Below, piece after piece: positions 29,880 through 39,374 of a DNA stretch of 64,000 nucleotides. Origin of the DNA: Candidatus Poribacteria bacterium. Its GTDB lineage: Bacteria > Poribacteria > WGA-4E > WGA-3G. The translations under genes were made by a program, and so were the position numbers. How positions within the stretch are numbered: the first letter of the stretch is position 1; every line of letters starts with the position of its first letter. The stretch spans positions 1,024,001 to 1,088,000 of the forward strand of contig CAXXLX010000001.1 of NCBI GenBank assembly GCA_963665235.2, in the 5' to 3' direction. The notes under the pieces were generated by a model. That model did not search any database. It was not told the DNA's origin and worked only from the letters and a program-made list of their open reading frames with translations.

Positions 29880-30623
29880 CTAAAACGTGAACGCTGGAAA
29901 TGCACGGGACGCACCGACCTCTACGATTTCTGCAACTTCAGAGGGACGCTCATGCGGGAGATAATGTCCGGCGTTCGGTATCCATATCCACTCAACATTG
30001 GGATTGGGCGGAATACACAACTTATCCTCGGTTAAACTGTTCCGCCCCATACCCCCAAAGACTTCACAAATAGGGATACGTGCATCCTGAAGGTAGGGAT
30101 AGGCATCGAAATTCTGCACAGATGTCCAGAAGCTGTGCCAGACTTCGGAACTGAAACGGGCACGTGTCTCCGCAGCCTTCCGCCGAATACGCGCAACTTC
30201 GGTTTTGGACAGCCTACCGTACAACCGTCCTGCATCAAAAGCACGGCTTGCAGCGGAGAGGCTTGTCCACCCCTCTAACAACACAAGCCCGGCAACACAT
30301 GAGGATTGACTTGCAACCGCCATCGCAACCATGCCGCCAAGGCTATGTCCAACAAGCAGCACCTCCTGAAGCTTCATAGTCTCTATAAAGCATAAGACAT
30401 CCTCAGCGAGGTTTGCGAATGTAAACGGCTCGGTAGGCACACTGCTCTGTCCATGCCCCCGAAAATCCAGGGCTATGCAACGTAGGGTGTCCGGTATTTT
30501 CGCAAGCACTGCTGTCCAATCCGACACGTCACACCCGGTGCCGTGTAAGAAAAGGATTGGCACCCCCGATTCCCCCGAATTGACGTAAGCCATTTCACCC
30601 CAATATGTTGTAAACGTTTTCAC
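29880..30623 (-). CDS. Alpha/beta hydrolase
   Basis: LFLHG, DFRGHGQS, GHSLGG nucleophile elbow and AGHYLPHE. Confidence 0.88.
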   Translation of the reverse strand: MKTFTTYWGEMAYVNSGESGVPILFLHGTGCDVSDWTAVLAKIPDTLRCIALDFRGHGQSSVPTEPFTFANLAEDVLCFIETMKLQEVLLVGHSLGGMVAMAVASQSSCVAGLVLLEGWTSLSAASRAFDAGRLYGRLSKTEVARIRRKAAETRARFSSEVWHSFWTSVQNFDAYPYLQDARIPICEVFGGMGRNSLTEDKLCIPPNPNVEWIWIPNAGHYLPHERPSEVAEIVEVGASRAFPAFTF

Positions 30624-30626
30624 TTG

Positions 30627-31832
30627 CTAATCCAAAAATTGGGCATCCACTGTAGCCCCTGCTGCCAATTTTGCACCAGCGGGTATTGTAATCAATCCGT
30701 TTGCTAGGACGAGCGAATGGAGAATGCCTGAACCTTGTGGGCCAGTTGTTTTAGCGGTATAGTGTCCATCCTGCTCGGTGAGAATTGCACGCATATAATT
30801 AACGCGTCCATCTCTATTCTTGACGCTTTCCGCTAAGACCGCTTTGAAGGTTGGACGTAGTAGGTGGGTATGGCCCGCCATTTTCAGGAGGGCAGGTCTC
30901 ACAAAAAGCTCGAAAACCACTAGGGACGAAACCGGATTACCGGGCAATCCAAAAATCGGTTTTCCATCAGCGATACCGTAAGCCTGCGGTTTTCCGGGTT
31001 TCATTGCGACGCGCCAAAAATTAATCTCACCCAATTTCGCCAACACACTTTTCACCACGTCGTGCTCACCTACGGAGACACCCCCACTAGTAATCAGCGC
31101 GTCAGCCTTTGCCAGCGCGTCCCGAAAAATTCGCTCTGTTTCCGCTTCGTCGTCAGGAGCGATGCCCATATCAATCGGCACACCGCCTGCTTCCTCGACC
31201 TGTGCATAGAGACCGTAGCGGTTGCTGTCCCGAATTTTTCCCGGTTCAAGCCGTTCACCCAACGGTGTCAGCTCATCCCCCGTCGAGACAATCGCGACAG
31301 TCGGTTTTCGATGCACGATAACCTCCGCACAATTGAGAGAAGCAAGCATAGATATCTCCGGCGCACGGAGCAGCTTTCCGGGGGGCATCACCTCTTCCCC
31401 CGCTTTGACGCTCTCTCCTGCAAAACGGACGTTCTGATTTTCCGAGACGTTTTCAAAAATCTTAACACTGTCGCGTGAGAACAGCTCCGTCACTTCTTGC
31501 ATGACAACCGCGTCTGCCCCTTCAGGCATCATCGCACCTGTCATGATACGTGCCGCTTGTCCTGACAAGACCTGTTTTGTAGGGGCATGCCCCGCGGCAA
31601 TGGTTTCCACAACCGAAAGTACGGTCGGATTCTCTTCAGTGGCGGCTTTTACATCTACTGCCCGAACAGCAAAACCATCCATCGCTGAATTGTCAAACGG
31701 CGGGATGTGCTCCGGGGCAGATACCGCCTCGGCAAGGACATAGCCGGCACAATTGAGTATCCCGCGCTTCTCTGTAGATAAAACGGGAATGGTATTTAGC
31801 ATCCGTTGACGCGCTTCATCAACACTTAGCAT
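30627..31832 (-). CDS. moeA: Molybdopterin molybdotransferase MoeA
   Basis: PPFDNSAMDGFA, IMTGA, STGDEL, TSGGVSVG, MKPGKP and GLPGNPVS. Confidence 0.95.
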   Translation of the reverse strand: MLSVDEARQRMLNTIPVLSTEKRGILNCAGYVLAEAVSAPEHIPPFDNSAMDGFAVRAVDVKAATEENPTVLSVVETIAAGHAPTKQVLSGQAARIMTGAMMPEGADAVVMQEVTELFSRDSVKIFENVSENQNVRFAGESVKAGEEVMPPGKLLRAPEISMLASLNCAEVIVHRKPTVAIVSTGDELTPLGERLEPGKIRDSNRYGLYAQVEEAGGVPIDMGIAPDDEAETERIFRDALAKADALITSGGVSVGEHDVVKSVLAKLGEINFWRVAMKPGKPQAYGIADGKPIFGLPGNPVSSLVVFELFVRPALLKMAGHTHLLRPTFKAVLAESVKNRDGRVNYMRAILTEQDGHYTAKTTGPQGSGILHSLVLANGLITIPAGAKLAAGATVDAQFLD

Positions 31833-32067
31833 TTTAATCTTTCTCCATTTGTCATAATAAGGTACTCGGACATTTTGTAGCATAAACTTCCTAGTTTGTG
31901 CGGATGCGGAGACAAACTAAAATTTTGTTCTACAACATCGCCGGTAAGTGCCGTTTCGTATACGACAGGCTTACAATGTCCAATTAATTCTAAATCCTAC
32001 TATAAATTGGAACTGCCATCAATCTTTTTTCTCCGAAAAGCGAAGATTGACACACAAGCACACCGTC

Positions 32068-33381
32068 CTAACAGACCCCGTACACGAACGCATTATCCAA
32101 ATCGACTAACTTAACCCGTAGCACTTGATTAACGGCTGTGTCCGGCGCATCTACTAACACGCGGAGATAGTTATCCGTAAACCCTGCAAGTAGATTTTTC
32201 TCACCTTCCCTACTATCCTCAATGAGTACGTCCTTATATTTGCCGAGCATTTTCTGTCTAAACGCAGTGCTGAGTTGCTCACCTAATGCATGCATTGCGC
32301 GACTTCGCTCAGCGGAGACGTGCGGAGGGATTTGGTCCGGGTAAGTTGCCGCAGGCGTGCCTTTTCGGGGGGAATACCGGAACACATGTAGTTGACTGAA
32401 ACCGATGTCTTCAACGAACTGAAGCGTCTCCTTGAAATCGCTATCAGTTTCGCCGGGGAAGCCGACCATTATATCCGTGGTAATACCGACATCGTCGGTA
32501 AATTGCGTACGCAGTTTTTCGACGAGATGTGCGAACTGTCTTGTGGTATATCGTCGGCGCATTCTACGCAAAACGCTATCGGTTCCGGATTGAATGGGAA
32601 TATGAAAATGCGGCATACACTTCGGAAGTGCAGCCATCCGTTCGGAAAGGATATCGGGAAAATACATCGGCTCAATAGAACTGAAACGGATGCGGAAAAT
32701 GCCATCAATATCATGAATAGATTCTAAAATGTCAGCAATATCTTTGTCCCTACCCGTATCCATGCCGTACGCCCCCAGATGCACGCCAGTAATGACCACC
32801 TCTTTAATACCGCCATCAGCGATACGATGTGCTTCGTCTGTGATGTCGTTGAGGGGACGGCTCGTCATTCTGCCGCGGACATAAGGAATAATACAATACG
32901 TGCAGAAAGCGCTGCAGCCGTCCTGAACCTTAATCAAGGCCCTTGTCCGTTTTCCAGCACTGCTCACCCCTCCGCTGCTAAAACGGGCATGCTCCCGAAT
33001 TGCATCGTGTTGCACAGGTTGAATCTCCAACAGCGTCTCGGTATGCAGCGTATCTATATAATTTTGAAAATCGGCCTTCTCACGGTTGCCGAAGACACAC
33101 GTCACCCCCGGTATTTCTTCAATTGCTTCCCGGTCGCTTTCGGCGTAGCAACCCGTGACAAAAATCTTTGCATCCGGGTTTTGTCGGATAGCCCGGCGAA
33201 TAGCTTGACGTGCTTTTTGGTCCGCAGCATTTGTGACTGTGCAGGTGTTCAGGAGATAGAGGTCTGCTGGTTGCATATCGTCCACGATAGCGTACCCGTT
33301 GCGGACAAGTGTTTCGCGCATTGATTGCGTATCGTATTGATTAACCTTGCAGCCCATCGTGATAAGCTTTGCTGTTTTCAT
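32068..33381 (-). CDS. mtaB: tRNA t6A37 methylthiotransferase MtaB
   Basis: GCKVNQYD, NTCTVT, radical SAM CSAFCTYC, VGFPGET and HVFRYSPRKGT; adjacent to rsmE. Confidence 0.92.
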   Translation of the reverse strand: MKTAKLITMGCKVNQYDTQSMRETLVRNGYAIVDDMQPADLYLLNTCTVTNAADQKARQAIRRAIRQNPDAKIFVTGCYAESDREAIEEIPGVTCVFGNREKADFQNYIDTLHTETLLEIQPVQHDAIREHARFSSGGVSSAGKRTRALIKVQDGCSAFCTYCIIPYVRGRMTSRPLNDITDEAHRIADGGIKEVVITGVHLGAYGMDTGRDKDIADILESIHDIDGIFRIRFSSIEPMYFPDILSERMAALPKCMPHFHIPIQSGTDSVLRRMRRRYTTRQFAHLVEKLRTQFTDDVGITTDIMVGFPGETDSDFKETLQFVEDIGFSQLHVFRYSPRKGTPAATYPDQIPPHVSAERSRAMHALGEQLSTAFRQKMLGKYKDVLIEDSREGEKNLLAGFTDNYLRVLVDAPDTAVNQVLRVKLVDLDNAFVYGVC

Positions 33382-33413
33382 AAATCTTCAGAGAATGTCT
33401 ACCATTTTTTCGG

Positions 33414-33577
33414 TTAATGGTAATTGGTTAGAGATTTCTTATATTTCTTTCTTTGGTTATTGGTTATTGGTTTATGGCAACCATTAGCAAGAGAAAGAGG
33501 ACACTGACGCGCTTCAGATATGTTCTTAGAATCACAACATCTTGCCAATCGCCAATCGCCAATCGCTAATTGCCAAA
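33414..33577. repeat. Heptamer-armed intergenic repeat
   Basis: ttggtta arms on the left and gccaatc arms on the right; core ttagcaagagaaagagg...aatcacaacatcttgcc shared with 57725-57788. Confidence 0.7.
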
Positions 33578-34285
33578 TTCGTAAGCGGCAATAGCGACTG
33601 CTGCGATTGCCGCGGTTTCTGTTCTCAAGATATTTGCCCCAAGTGTCACGGGTGCACACCCACTTTCAACAGCAGTTTGAATCTCTTTATCGGAGAATCC
33701 CCCTTCGGGCCCGATAAAAAGCGCGATAGATTCCGCCTTCGGTGTGCTTCGCAGCACCGTCTTGATATGCCGTTCTGTCTCATTTTCCCAGAAAATCAGG
33801 TTGAGAGCAAAGGCTTTACCCTGAACAAAGCAGTCCTCAAAACGTTGCGTCCGGGAGAGTTCAGGTATCCACGGACGTTTACACTGCTTCGCCGCAGCAA
33901 GGACGACGCGGTGCCAACGTTCGTATCGGTTTTGACTCGGTTGTTGCAGTGCGCGTTCGGTGTGCATCGGCACAATGTGTGTTACGCCGAGTTCAGTCGT
34001 TTTTTGCAGAATTAATTCCATTTTCCTATTCTTCGGTATACCCTGAAAGAGGATGAGACTGGGCTGTGCCTTTCGGTAAAATTCATGCTTCAGTATTTTC
34101 GCCTTTGTCTCATTTACATTGGAAGTCGTAACCGTTGCAACATAAACGTTCCCTTTTCCATCCATAATTTGGATAGTATCCCCCGGCTCAACCCGCACCA
34201 CATTTCGGAGGTGATGCTGTTCGCTACCGGTAATCGTGGCAAAATCGCCCTGGAGCTGAGTTGGGAGAACATAGGCCGTGTGCAT
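33566..34285 (-). CDS. rsmE: 16S rRNA m3U1498 methyltransferase RsmE
   Basis: HHLRNVVR, QKTTELGV, IGPEGGFS and LGANILRTETA. Confidence 0.95.
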   Translation of the reverse strand: MHTAYVLPTQLQGDFATITGSEQHHLRNVVRVEPGDTIQIMDGKGNVYVATVTTSNVNETKAKILKHEFYRKAQPSLILFQGIPKNRKMELILQKTTELGVTHIVPMHTERALQQPSQNRYERWHRVVLAAAKQCKRPWIPELSRTQRFEDCFVQGKAFALNLIFWENETERHIKTVLRSTPKAESIALFIGPEGGFSDKEIQTAVESGCAPVTLGANILRTETAAIAAVAIAAYEFGN

Positions 34286-34295
34286 CCTGTCTCCA

Positions 34296-34970
34296 TTAGG
34301 ACGTTACCTGTTCCGGGACAGTGCGTAGTTTTTCGATAACCGCTTCCGGTTGTTGACTGCCGAAAATGGCCGTGCCAGCGACTAAAAGTGTCGCACCAGC
34401 CTGAATAGCCAGCGGTGCAATCTCCACCGTTACACCCCCATCCACAGAAATCTCAAGCGAGCCCCCCATTTCCTGAATGTGTCGGTGCAATATCGCTATC
34501 TTTTCCAAAGTCTGCCGTTGAAAAGTTTGTCCACCGAAACCGGGGTCAACGCTCATCGGTAGCACAAGGTTGAGGCTCGATAGATACGGGATGACAGTCT
34601 CAGTCGGTGTATTCGGTGAAAATGCAAGCCCGGCCTTAATGCCGCGCGCTTTAATTGCTGCAAGAACAGTTTCAATATCATCCGCACACTCAACGTGGAA
34701 GGTAATGTAGTCGGCACCCGCTGCAGCGAGGGCATCTATGTAGCGGAGTGGGTGCATTACCATGATATGGACATCAAAGGGTACCGTTGTTTGCTCTCGG
34801 ACCGCTGCAATAAAAGGTGGACTGATACCGAAGTTCGGAACAAATTCGCCATCCATAACATCAAAATGGAGCAAATTCGCACCCGCAGCCACAATCCTTT
34901 CCACCTCTTCCCCCAACCGGGTAAAGTCGGCAGCTAGCAGTGAGGGGGCAATCCTGGGTTTGTTGTCCAT
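34296..34970 (-). CDS. rpe: Ribulose-phosphate 3-epimerase
   Basis: IAPSLLAADF, HFDVMDG.FVPN, DVHIMV, PGFGGQ and VDGGV. Confidence 0.95.
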   Translation of the reverse strand: MDNKPRIAPSLLAADFTRLGEEVERIVAAGANLLHFDVMDGEFVPNFGISPPFIAAVREQTTVPFDVHIMVMHPLRYIDALAAAGADYITFHVECADDIETVLAAIKARGIKAGLAFSPNTPTETVIPYLSSLNLVLPMSVDPGFGGQTFQRQTLEKIAILHRHIQEMGGSLEISVDGGVTVEIAPLAIQAGATLLVAGTAIFGSQQPEAVIEKLRTVPEQVTS

Positions 34971-34988
34971 TGATTCTTCCTCCAATGA

Positions 34989-35969
34989 CTAATGATAGAC
35001 AACTTCGTCTAATTTCTCATCATTTTCATAGATAATTACGCGTGTTTCGCCAAAAACGCGAACCCGTTTTTGTTCCAAGTCAATCACTGTGCCGGGTGCG
35101 TAAGATTCATCGACCTCAGTGCGTTCACCGTATCCATCAATGACAACGATTCTGACATGGCGTGACAGCTCACCCTCTTCACTCACCGTGTGCTTGTGGG
35201 GTAGCAGCCTTCCGATGTTTCGAGTTTCGCCTTGAACGCCACTGACCTCAAGCAAAATGAGGTCTCCGCTTTGGACAAGGTCCCCGCCTATCGGTTTATG
35301 CGTAATGACACCCCCCACGGGGATTTTCGGGTGCGGTTTATATTGAACCTCAACATGGAGCCCACCCTCTTCAAGTGCCGACACAACATCATCTATAGGT
35401 TGATTCTGAAGGTTCGGCAACTGAATGTACCGGGGCCGTGTTCCAAGACTCATCAATAGGTTAATAGAGCTTCGACGGCGTTTCCTGCTACCTTCTCCTG
35501 GCGTTTGAGCGATGACAGTATCCGGCGGATAACTTCCCGAGTGGACATAAGCCACCCGATTCGGCGTAAAACCAGCAGTTCGCAGGGTATCATACGCTGC
35601 ATCCTTTGATTTCCCTATCACAGACGGCACCAGAATCAACTCGGTGCCAATACTCACCGTGATTTCAACCGGTTGATACGCTTTGATTCTAGTCCCTGAT
35701 GGCGGTTTTTGTGAAACAATGTGTCCCTTCGGGATGTCCCCACTACTTTGCAGCTGAATTGGGGCCGCAATTTGAAGTCCAGCCTCATCAAGGCTTCGGA
35801 CAGCAGCGGGATACTCCATACCGAGCAGGTTCGGGGTCGGCACCTCGGGGCTCTTAATCCATTGCGGAATAATAACGAAGACCATTAGCAAGCCGATTAT
35901 CCCCACCAAAGTCAGACAGTACAAAATAACCTTAATAGTCGCCCACAAGGTTTTATTTACTACGTTCAT
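34989..35969 (-). CDS. Membrane-anchored PASTA domain protein
   Basis: N-terminal TM helix followed by three PASTA repeats (PNLLG, VPSVIG, LPNLQN); typical fmt-PASTA-rpe context. Confidence 0.85.
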   Translation of the reverse strand: MNVVNKTLWATIKVILYCLTLVGIIGLLMVFVIIPQWIKSPEVPTPNLLGMEYPAAVRSLDEAGLQIAAPIQLQSSGDIPKGHIVSQKPPSGTRIKAYQPVEITVSIGTELILVPSVIGKSKDAAYDTLRTAGFTPNRVAYVHSGSYPPDTVIAQTPGEGSRKRRRSSINLLMSLGTRPRYIQLPNLQNQPIDDVVSALEEGGLHVEVQYKPHPKIPVGGVITHKPIGGDLVQSGDLILLEVSGVQGETRNIGRLLPHKHTVSEEGELSRHVRIVVIDGYGERTEVDESYAPGTVIDLEQKRVRVFGETRVIIYENDEKLDEVVYH

Positions 35970-36050
35970 CTTGTTTCCGATGATATTAACCTATATATTG
36001 AAGAGCAGGCTTGTAGCCTGAAGCCTGTGCAATACTATGTATTTCACATC

Positions 36051-37637
36051 TTATACGGTTTGCAAGTTGCTTATAGAAAGCAACCAGGGTTCATCTACCA
36101 AAGCACGCAGAAAAATCCCGCGTGCGCCGTTCAAATCTCTGTCCATCTTGAGTCCTGTGCTATCTTTGATAACTTTAGCACCACCTAAGTTTTTGACAAT
36201 CTCACCTGTCCACGACACGGTTTTTGATGTGTATGCTTCGTTAACATCTACCACGATACATCCAGTTTCTTTCGCTTTATGCTTTAGAAACTGTTTAAAA
36301 CGGTAATGGGAGAGGGTCAACATTTGGCGGACGGTTTTCTTATGGAGTTTGCGTCCACTTTTACAAGTCTTATGAGAAGTCTCAAAAGTGGGGAGCAAGA
36401 TAATATCAAAGTTGTCGACAAGCCACCGTGCAACTTTCTTATGAAGTTCATCCACAAGGTTTCTAATCCGTTTTCTGATACGATTTGCGGCACGTCTCAT
36501 GTTCTTCTTTGCCTGTTGCTTAGTTGCTTTAGTCGCACGGGAGAGTAGGTCGTCAAGATATGAACAAAGTCTTTGAATACGATTGATTGCATGGTGTCCG
36601 AGCCATCCGAACCCATGTTCATGAAAATATGTCAGGAATGTCCTAACACCGGGGTCAAGTGCGACGACACGTCCGTTTGGTTTTCGCTTTCGTATCGTCA
36701 CACTATAACTGACACACAAATAATAGTGTGCGCCATCTTTGACCAAGCGGGAGTCTTTGATGTTTTCAGGGAGACGCTCACTCAGTCTAAGTTTTCCTAA
36801 TTTTGTGTGATAGACACCCTTTTCAGATATGGCAGCTTTGGGTATAAAGATGCTATCTGAAGGGGTTCGTTTAGATTTAAAAGAAACAGATTGAAACTGT
36901 CCTGTTTTCTGACATTTCTGCTTCGCTGCGCGAACGGCAAGACAAGCATCCCGAATAGCAACTGACTTAATTTGATATGGAACAGGTTTAGCCCAATCGG
37001 GTAAATCGTCAAGGATACCTGTCTTAATCGCTATCCAGTTCGCTTGTGTGTCCGTGTCATTCAACAAAGCAACCGTTTTGTTGTAGGTCCAACGTGCTGT
37101 GCCTATCCATTGACGCAGCGTCTCACGTTGTTCGGTTGTTGGATAAACTCTTATCTTCTTTGATTTGGTCACGGTAACTGCGGAGGCCGTGTAGTCTGCG
37201 ACTGAAGACGTGCAGGATGGCGAGAAGATCCGACGTGAGTTCTTCTTGTGGACTGTGTTCTGTTTGGTCAAGAACCACGAGTTCGCCACCGTTTTGTTCA
37301 ACGAGGTATCGTATAAGGTCGATACCGAAACGGGCGAGTCTGTCCCGATGGGCAATAACAACTTCGAGCTTATCACCTTGCATAAGCCTGTCCAATAAGG
37401 TTCTAAACCCTTTTCTTTTGAAGTTAAGGCCACTTCCGATGTCTCTGATGATTTCTGCTTCGGGGTAGATACTTCGCATATATGCGACTTGTCGTTCAAG
37501 GTCATCTCTTTGCTTGGTGCTTGACACCCGGCAATAGCAAACAGTGGTAACTGATTTGGATTTGCTTTTGATGTATCCATCAACATCGTAGCGTCTATGC
37601 CCGCCTCCTGTGCGGATAATATCAATCTTTCCTTCAT
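36051..37637 (-). CDS. tnpB: IS607 TnpB (pro-Fanzor type) with N-terminal extension overlapping tnpA
   Basis: ALDPG, ILLP, EAYTSKT and DRDLNGA; GGAG-8 nt-ATG at 37637. Confidence 0.9.
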   Translation of the reverse strand: MKERLILSAQEAGIDATMLMDTSKANPNQLPLFAIAGCQAPSKEMTLNDKSHICEVSTPKQKSSETSEVALTSKEKGLEPYWTGLCKVISSKLLLPIGTDSPVSVSTLYDTSLNKTVANSWFLTKQNTVHKKNSRRIFSPSCTSSVADYTASAVTVTKSKKIRVYPTTEQRETLRQWIGTARWTYNKTVALLNDTDTQANWIAIKTGILDDLPDWAKPVPYQIKSVAIRDACLAVRAAKQKCQKTGQFQSVSFKSKRTPSDSIFIPKAAISEKGVYHTKLGKLRLSERLPENIKDSRLVKDGAHYYLCVSYSVTIRKRKPNGRVVALDPGVRTFLTYFHEHGFGWLGHHAINRIQRLCSYLDDLLSRATKATKQQAKKNMRRAANRIRKRIRNLVDELHKKVARWLVDNFDIILLPTFETSHKTCKSGRKLHKKTVRQMLTLSHYRFKQFLKHKAKETGCIVVDVNEAYTSKTVSWTGEIVKNLGGAKVIKDSTGLKMDRDLNGARGIFLRALVDEPWLLSISNLQTV

Positions 37638-37710
37638 TTGCTAATCTCCGTAAGTGGTCTGGGGTGTAATCCAATAGTTTGCTTGCTTTCTTTGCGGATA
37701 CATAAGTCAT
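37123..37710 (-). CDS. tnpA: IS607 TnpA serine recombinase (intact, 195 aa)
   Basis: HTH...TGGGHRRY, YCRVSS, QRDDLERQ, DIGSGLNFKRKG, HRDRLARFG and EELTSDLLAILHVFS. Confidence 0.93.
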   Translation of the reverse strand: MTYVSAKKASKLLDYTPDHLRRLANEGKIDIIRTGGGHRRYDVDGYIKSKSKSVTTVCYCRVSSTKQRDDLERQVAYMRSIYPEAEIIRDIGSGLNFKRKGFRTLLDRLMQGDKLEVVIAHRDRLARFGIDLIRYLVEQNGGELVVLDQTEHSPQEELTSDLLAILHVFSRRLHGLRSYRDQIKEDKSLSNNRTT

Positions 37711-37716
37711 GTATAT

Positions 37717-37745
37717 ATTATAACACATTTTTACCGAAATGTCAA
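37717..37745 (-). promoter_or_regulatory. IS607 left-end promoter (probably leaderless tnpA mRNA)
   Basis: TTGACA-17 bp-TATAAT then 6 nt to the ATG; equivalent boxes in the other three copies. Confidence 0.8.
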
Positions 37746-37785
37746 GAAAAACATAGATTTTTTGCTACTGTTAATCAACCTCGCG

Positions 37786-38727
37786 CTAACCAAAACTTTC
37801 CCCAGTTTTGACGTGATATCCGTTAATAAAATCGCCTATTTCCATAACTTTTTTTGTAGCAGGTTGAACCTGTAAGAGTTGGAGTAAACCTTCCCCAGTA
37901 GCAACAAGCAGCTCTCGCTGCGGTGTAATTTTCAATGTCCCGGGGGCCCCTGTGAAGTCTGTTCCCTGTGGATACGGTATACTTCGGATAATTTTGAGCG
38001 GGCGGTCGTCTCGAAAAAAGGTGTAAGCCCCTGGCCACATAGCAGTGCCTCGGATGAGATTGTGAATCGCGGTTGCCGAATCATCCCAATTGATACGTCC
38101 GGTCTCCTTTGTCAGACGCGGGGCATGGGTCGCCTCGGCGTGATTTTGGGGTGTTGCAGATGGGGGGGCACCGGGCGGTAAGTCTGATAACAGTGCCGCC
38201 AATTGACGTGCACCGATGCATGCAAGTTTGTCCATCAACGTCTCCACTGTTTCTGCAGCACAAATCGGAAACCGTTCTGCACAGATAATATCGCCTGTAT
38301 CCTCACCCGCATCTAGTAGCATCAGCGTTACACCGGTTTCTGTTTCACCGTTAATCAGTGCCCACTGAACCGGGGCTGCGCCCCGGTACTTCGGCAACAA
38401 CGATGGATGTAGGTTGATAGTCCCGCATGGCGGTATATCCAAAACAGCTTGCGGGAGAATCTGACCGAAGGCAGCGACAACAGTCACATCCGGTGCAAGC
38501 TGTTTAAGGGTGTTTATGAAATCGGGCTGTCTCACCTTTTCCGGTTGATACACCGGCAAATTGTGTTCCGTAGCGACCCTTTTCACGGCCGATGGGGTTA
38601 AACGTTTTCCGCGTCCCTTCGGCCGGTCCGGTTGCGTGACAACCCCGATAATTTCAAACTTATTAGAGATAAGTCCTGTTAGCGCGGGGACAGCAAATTC
38701 GCTAGTGCCCATAAAAAGAATTCGCAC
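37786..38727 (-). CDS. fmt: Methionyl-tRNA formyltransferase
   Basis: ILFMGTSEFA, VTQPDRP.GRG, NLHPSLLPKYRGAAP and DTGDII. Confidence 0.97.
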   Translation of the reverse strand: MRILFMGTSEFAVPALTGLISNKFEIIGVVTQPDRPKGRGKRLTPSAVKRVATEHNLPVYQPEKVRQPDFINTLKQLAPDVTVVAAFGQILPQAVLDIPPCGTINLHPSLLPKYRGAAPVQWALINGETETGVTLMLLDAGEDTGDIICAERFPICAAETVETLMDKLACIGARQLAALLSDLPPGAPPSATPQNHAEATHAPRLTKETGRINWDDSATAIHNLIRGTAMWPGAYTFFRDDRPLKIIRSIPYPQGTDFTGAPGTLKITPQRELLVATGEGLLQLLQVQPATKKVMEIGDFINGYHVKTGESFG

Positions 38728-38739
38728 AATACGCCCCCA

Positions 38740-39363
38740 TCAGAATCGAAGCTGTAGTAAGGATATAGTGAGAAATTCAGAATCTTCACTGTAGCAATTC
38801 ATAGATGTTTCCAAAGACCGCCTACCGATGCTTTCCGATAACCGGCTGCCGATAGCCATTTGCTGTCGCAGGCTTGCGATGCTCCCATCAGATTCCCCAT
38901 CCCCTTTATCCGGCGGTGCTGCAGGGGGGCGCGTCGGCACACGGGATGCTGTCCTATCTTTATTGCGCGTATTTAACCAATCCCACACTCCGATTATAAG
39001 AGCTAGCGAAACTGCCCCAATCCCAATTCTTCTATAATCCTTCGGGTATAATACCGGGGAAATTTTATTTTCCCGAATCATCTTCACTCCCCGAACAGCG
39101 AAATAGCTATGAACTGCAGCAAAGGGGAACGAGCTTAATGTAATAATCTCAAACCGGCGTAACGCGCTTTCGCTATATTCTTCCTCCGCTTGTTCCGCTT
39201 GTTCTGCTGGCGGGGTCATCTCCGTTTGTGCTTTAGCGATTTGTGGCATTATGGCGAAAATAAAAAGTCCAGCGAACACGGCAAACCAATAATAGGCATT
39301 CGCCGAATGACGTTCTCTGCCTCCCCCGCCGCCTGCGGGAGAGTTATACCGAATTTTGTTCAC
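38740..39363 (-). CDS. Hypothetical membrane protein
   Basis: 207-aa ORF filling the lspA-fmt gap on the operon strand; two to three hydrophobic segments. Confidence 0.6.
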   Translation of the reverse strand: MNKIRYNSPAGGGGGRERHSANAYYWFAVFAGLFIFAIMPQIAKAQTEMTPPAEQAEQAEEEYSESALRRFEIITLSSFPFAAVHSYFAVRGVKMIRENKISPVLYPKDYRRIGIGAVSLALIIGVWDWLNTRNKDRTASRVPTRPPAAPPDKGDGESDGSIASLRQQMAIGSRLSESIGRRSLETSMNCYSEDSEFLTISLLQLRF

Positions 39364-39374
39364 AATTTACGCTC

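Larger units (their letters stand above)
35977..37780 (-). mobile_element. IS607-family element, copy 3 (subtype A, apparently autonomous)
   Basis: Intact tnpA and tnpB; shared GG ends. Confidence 0.94.
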
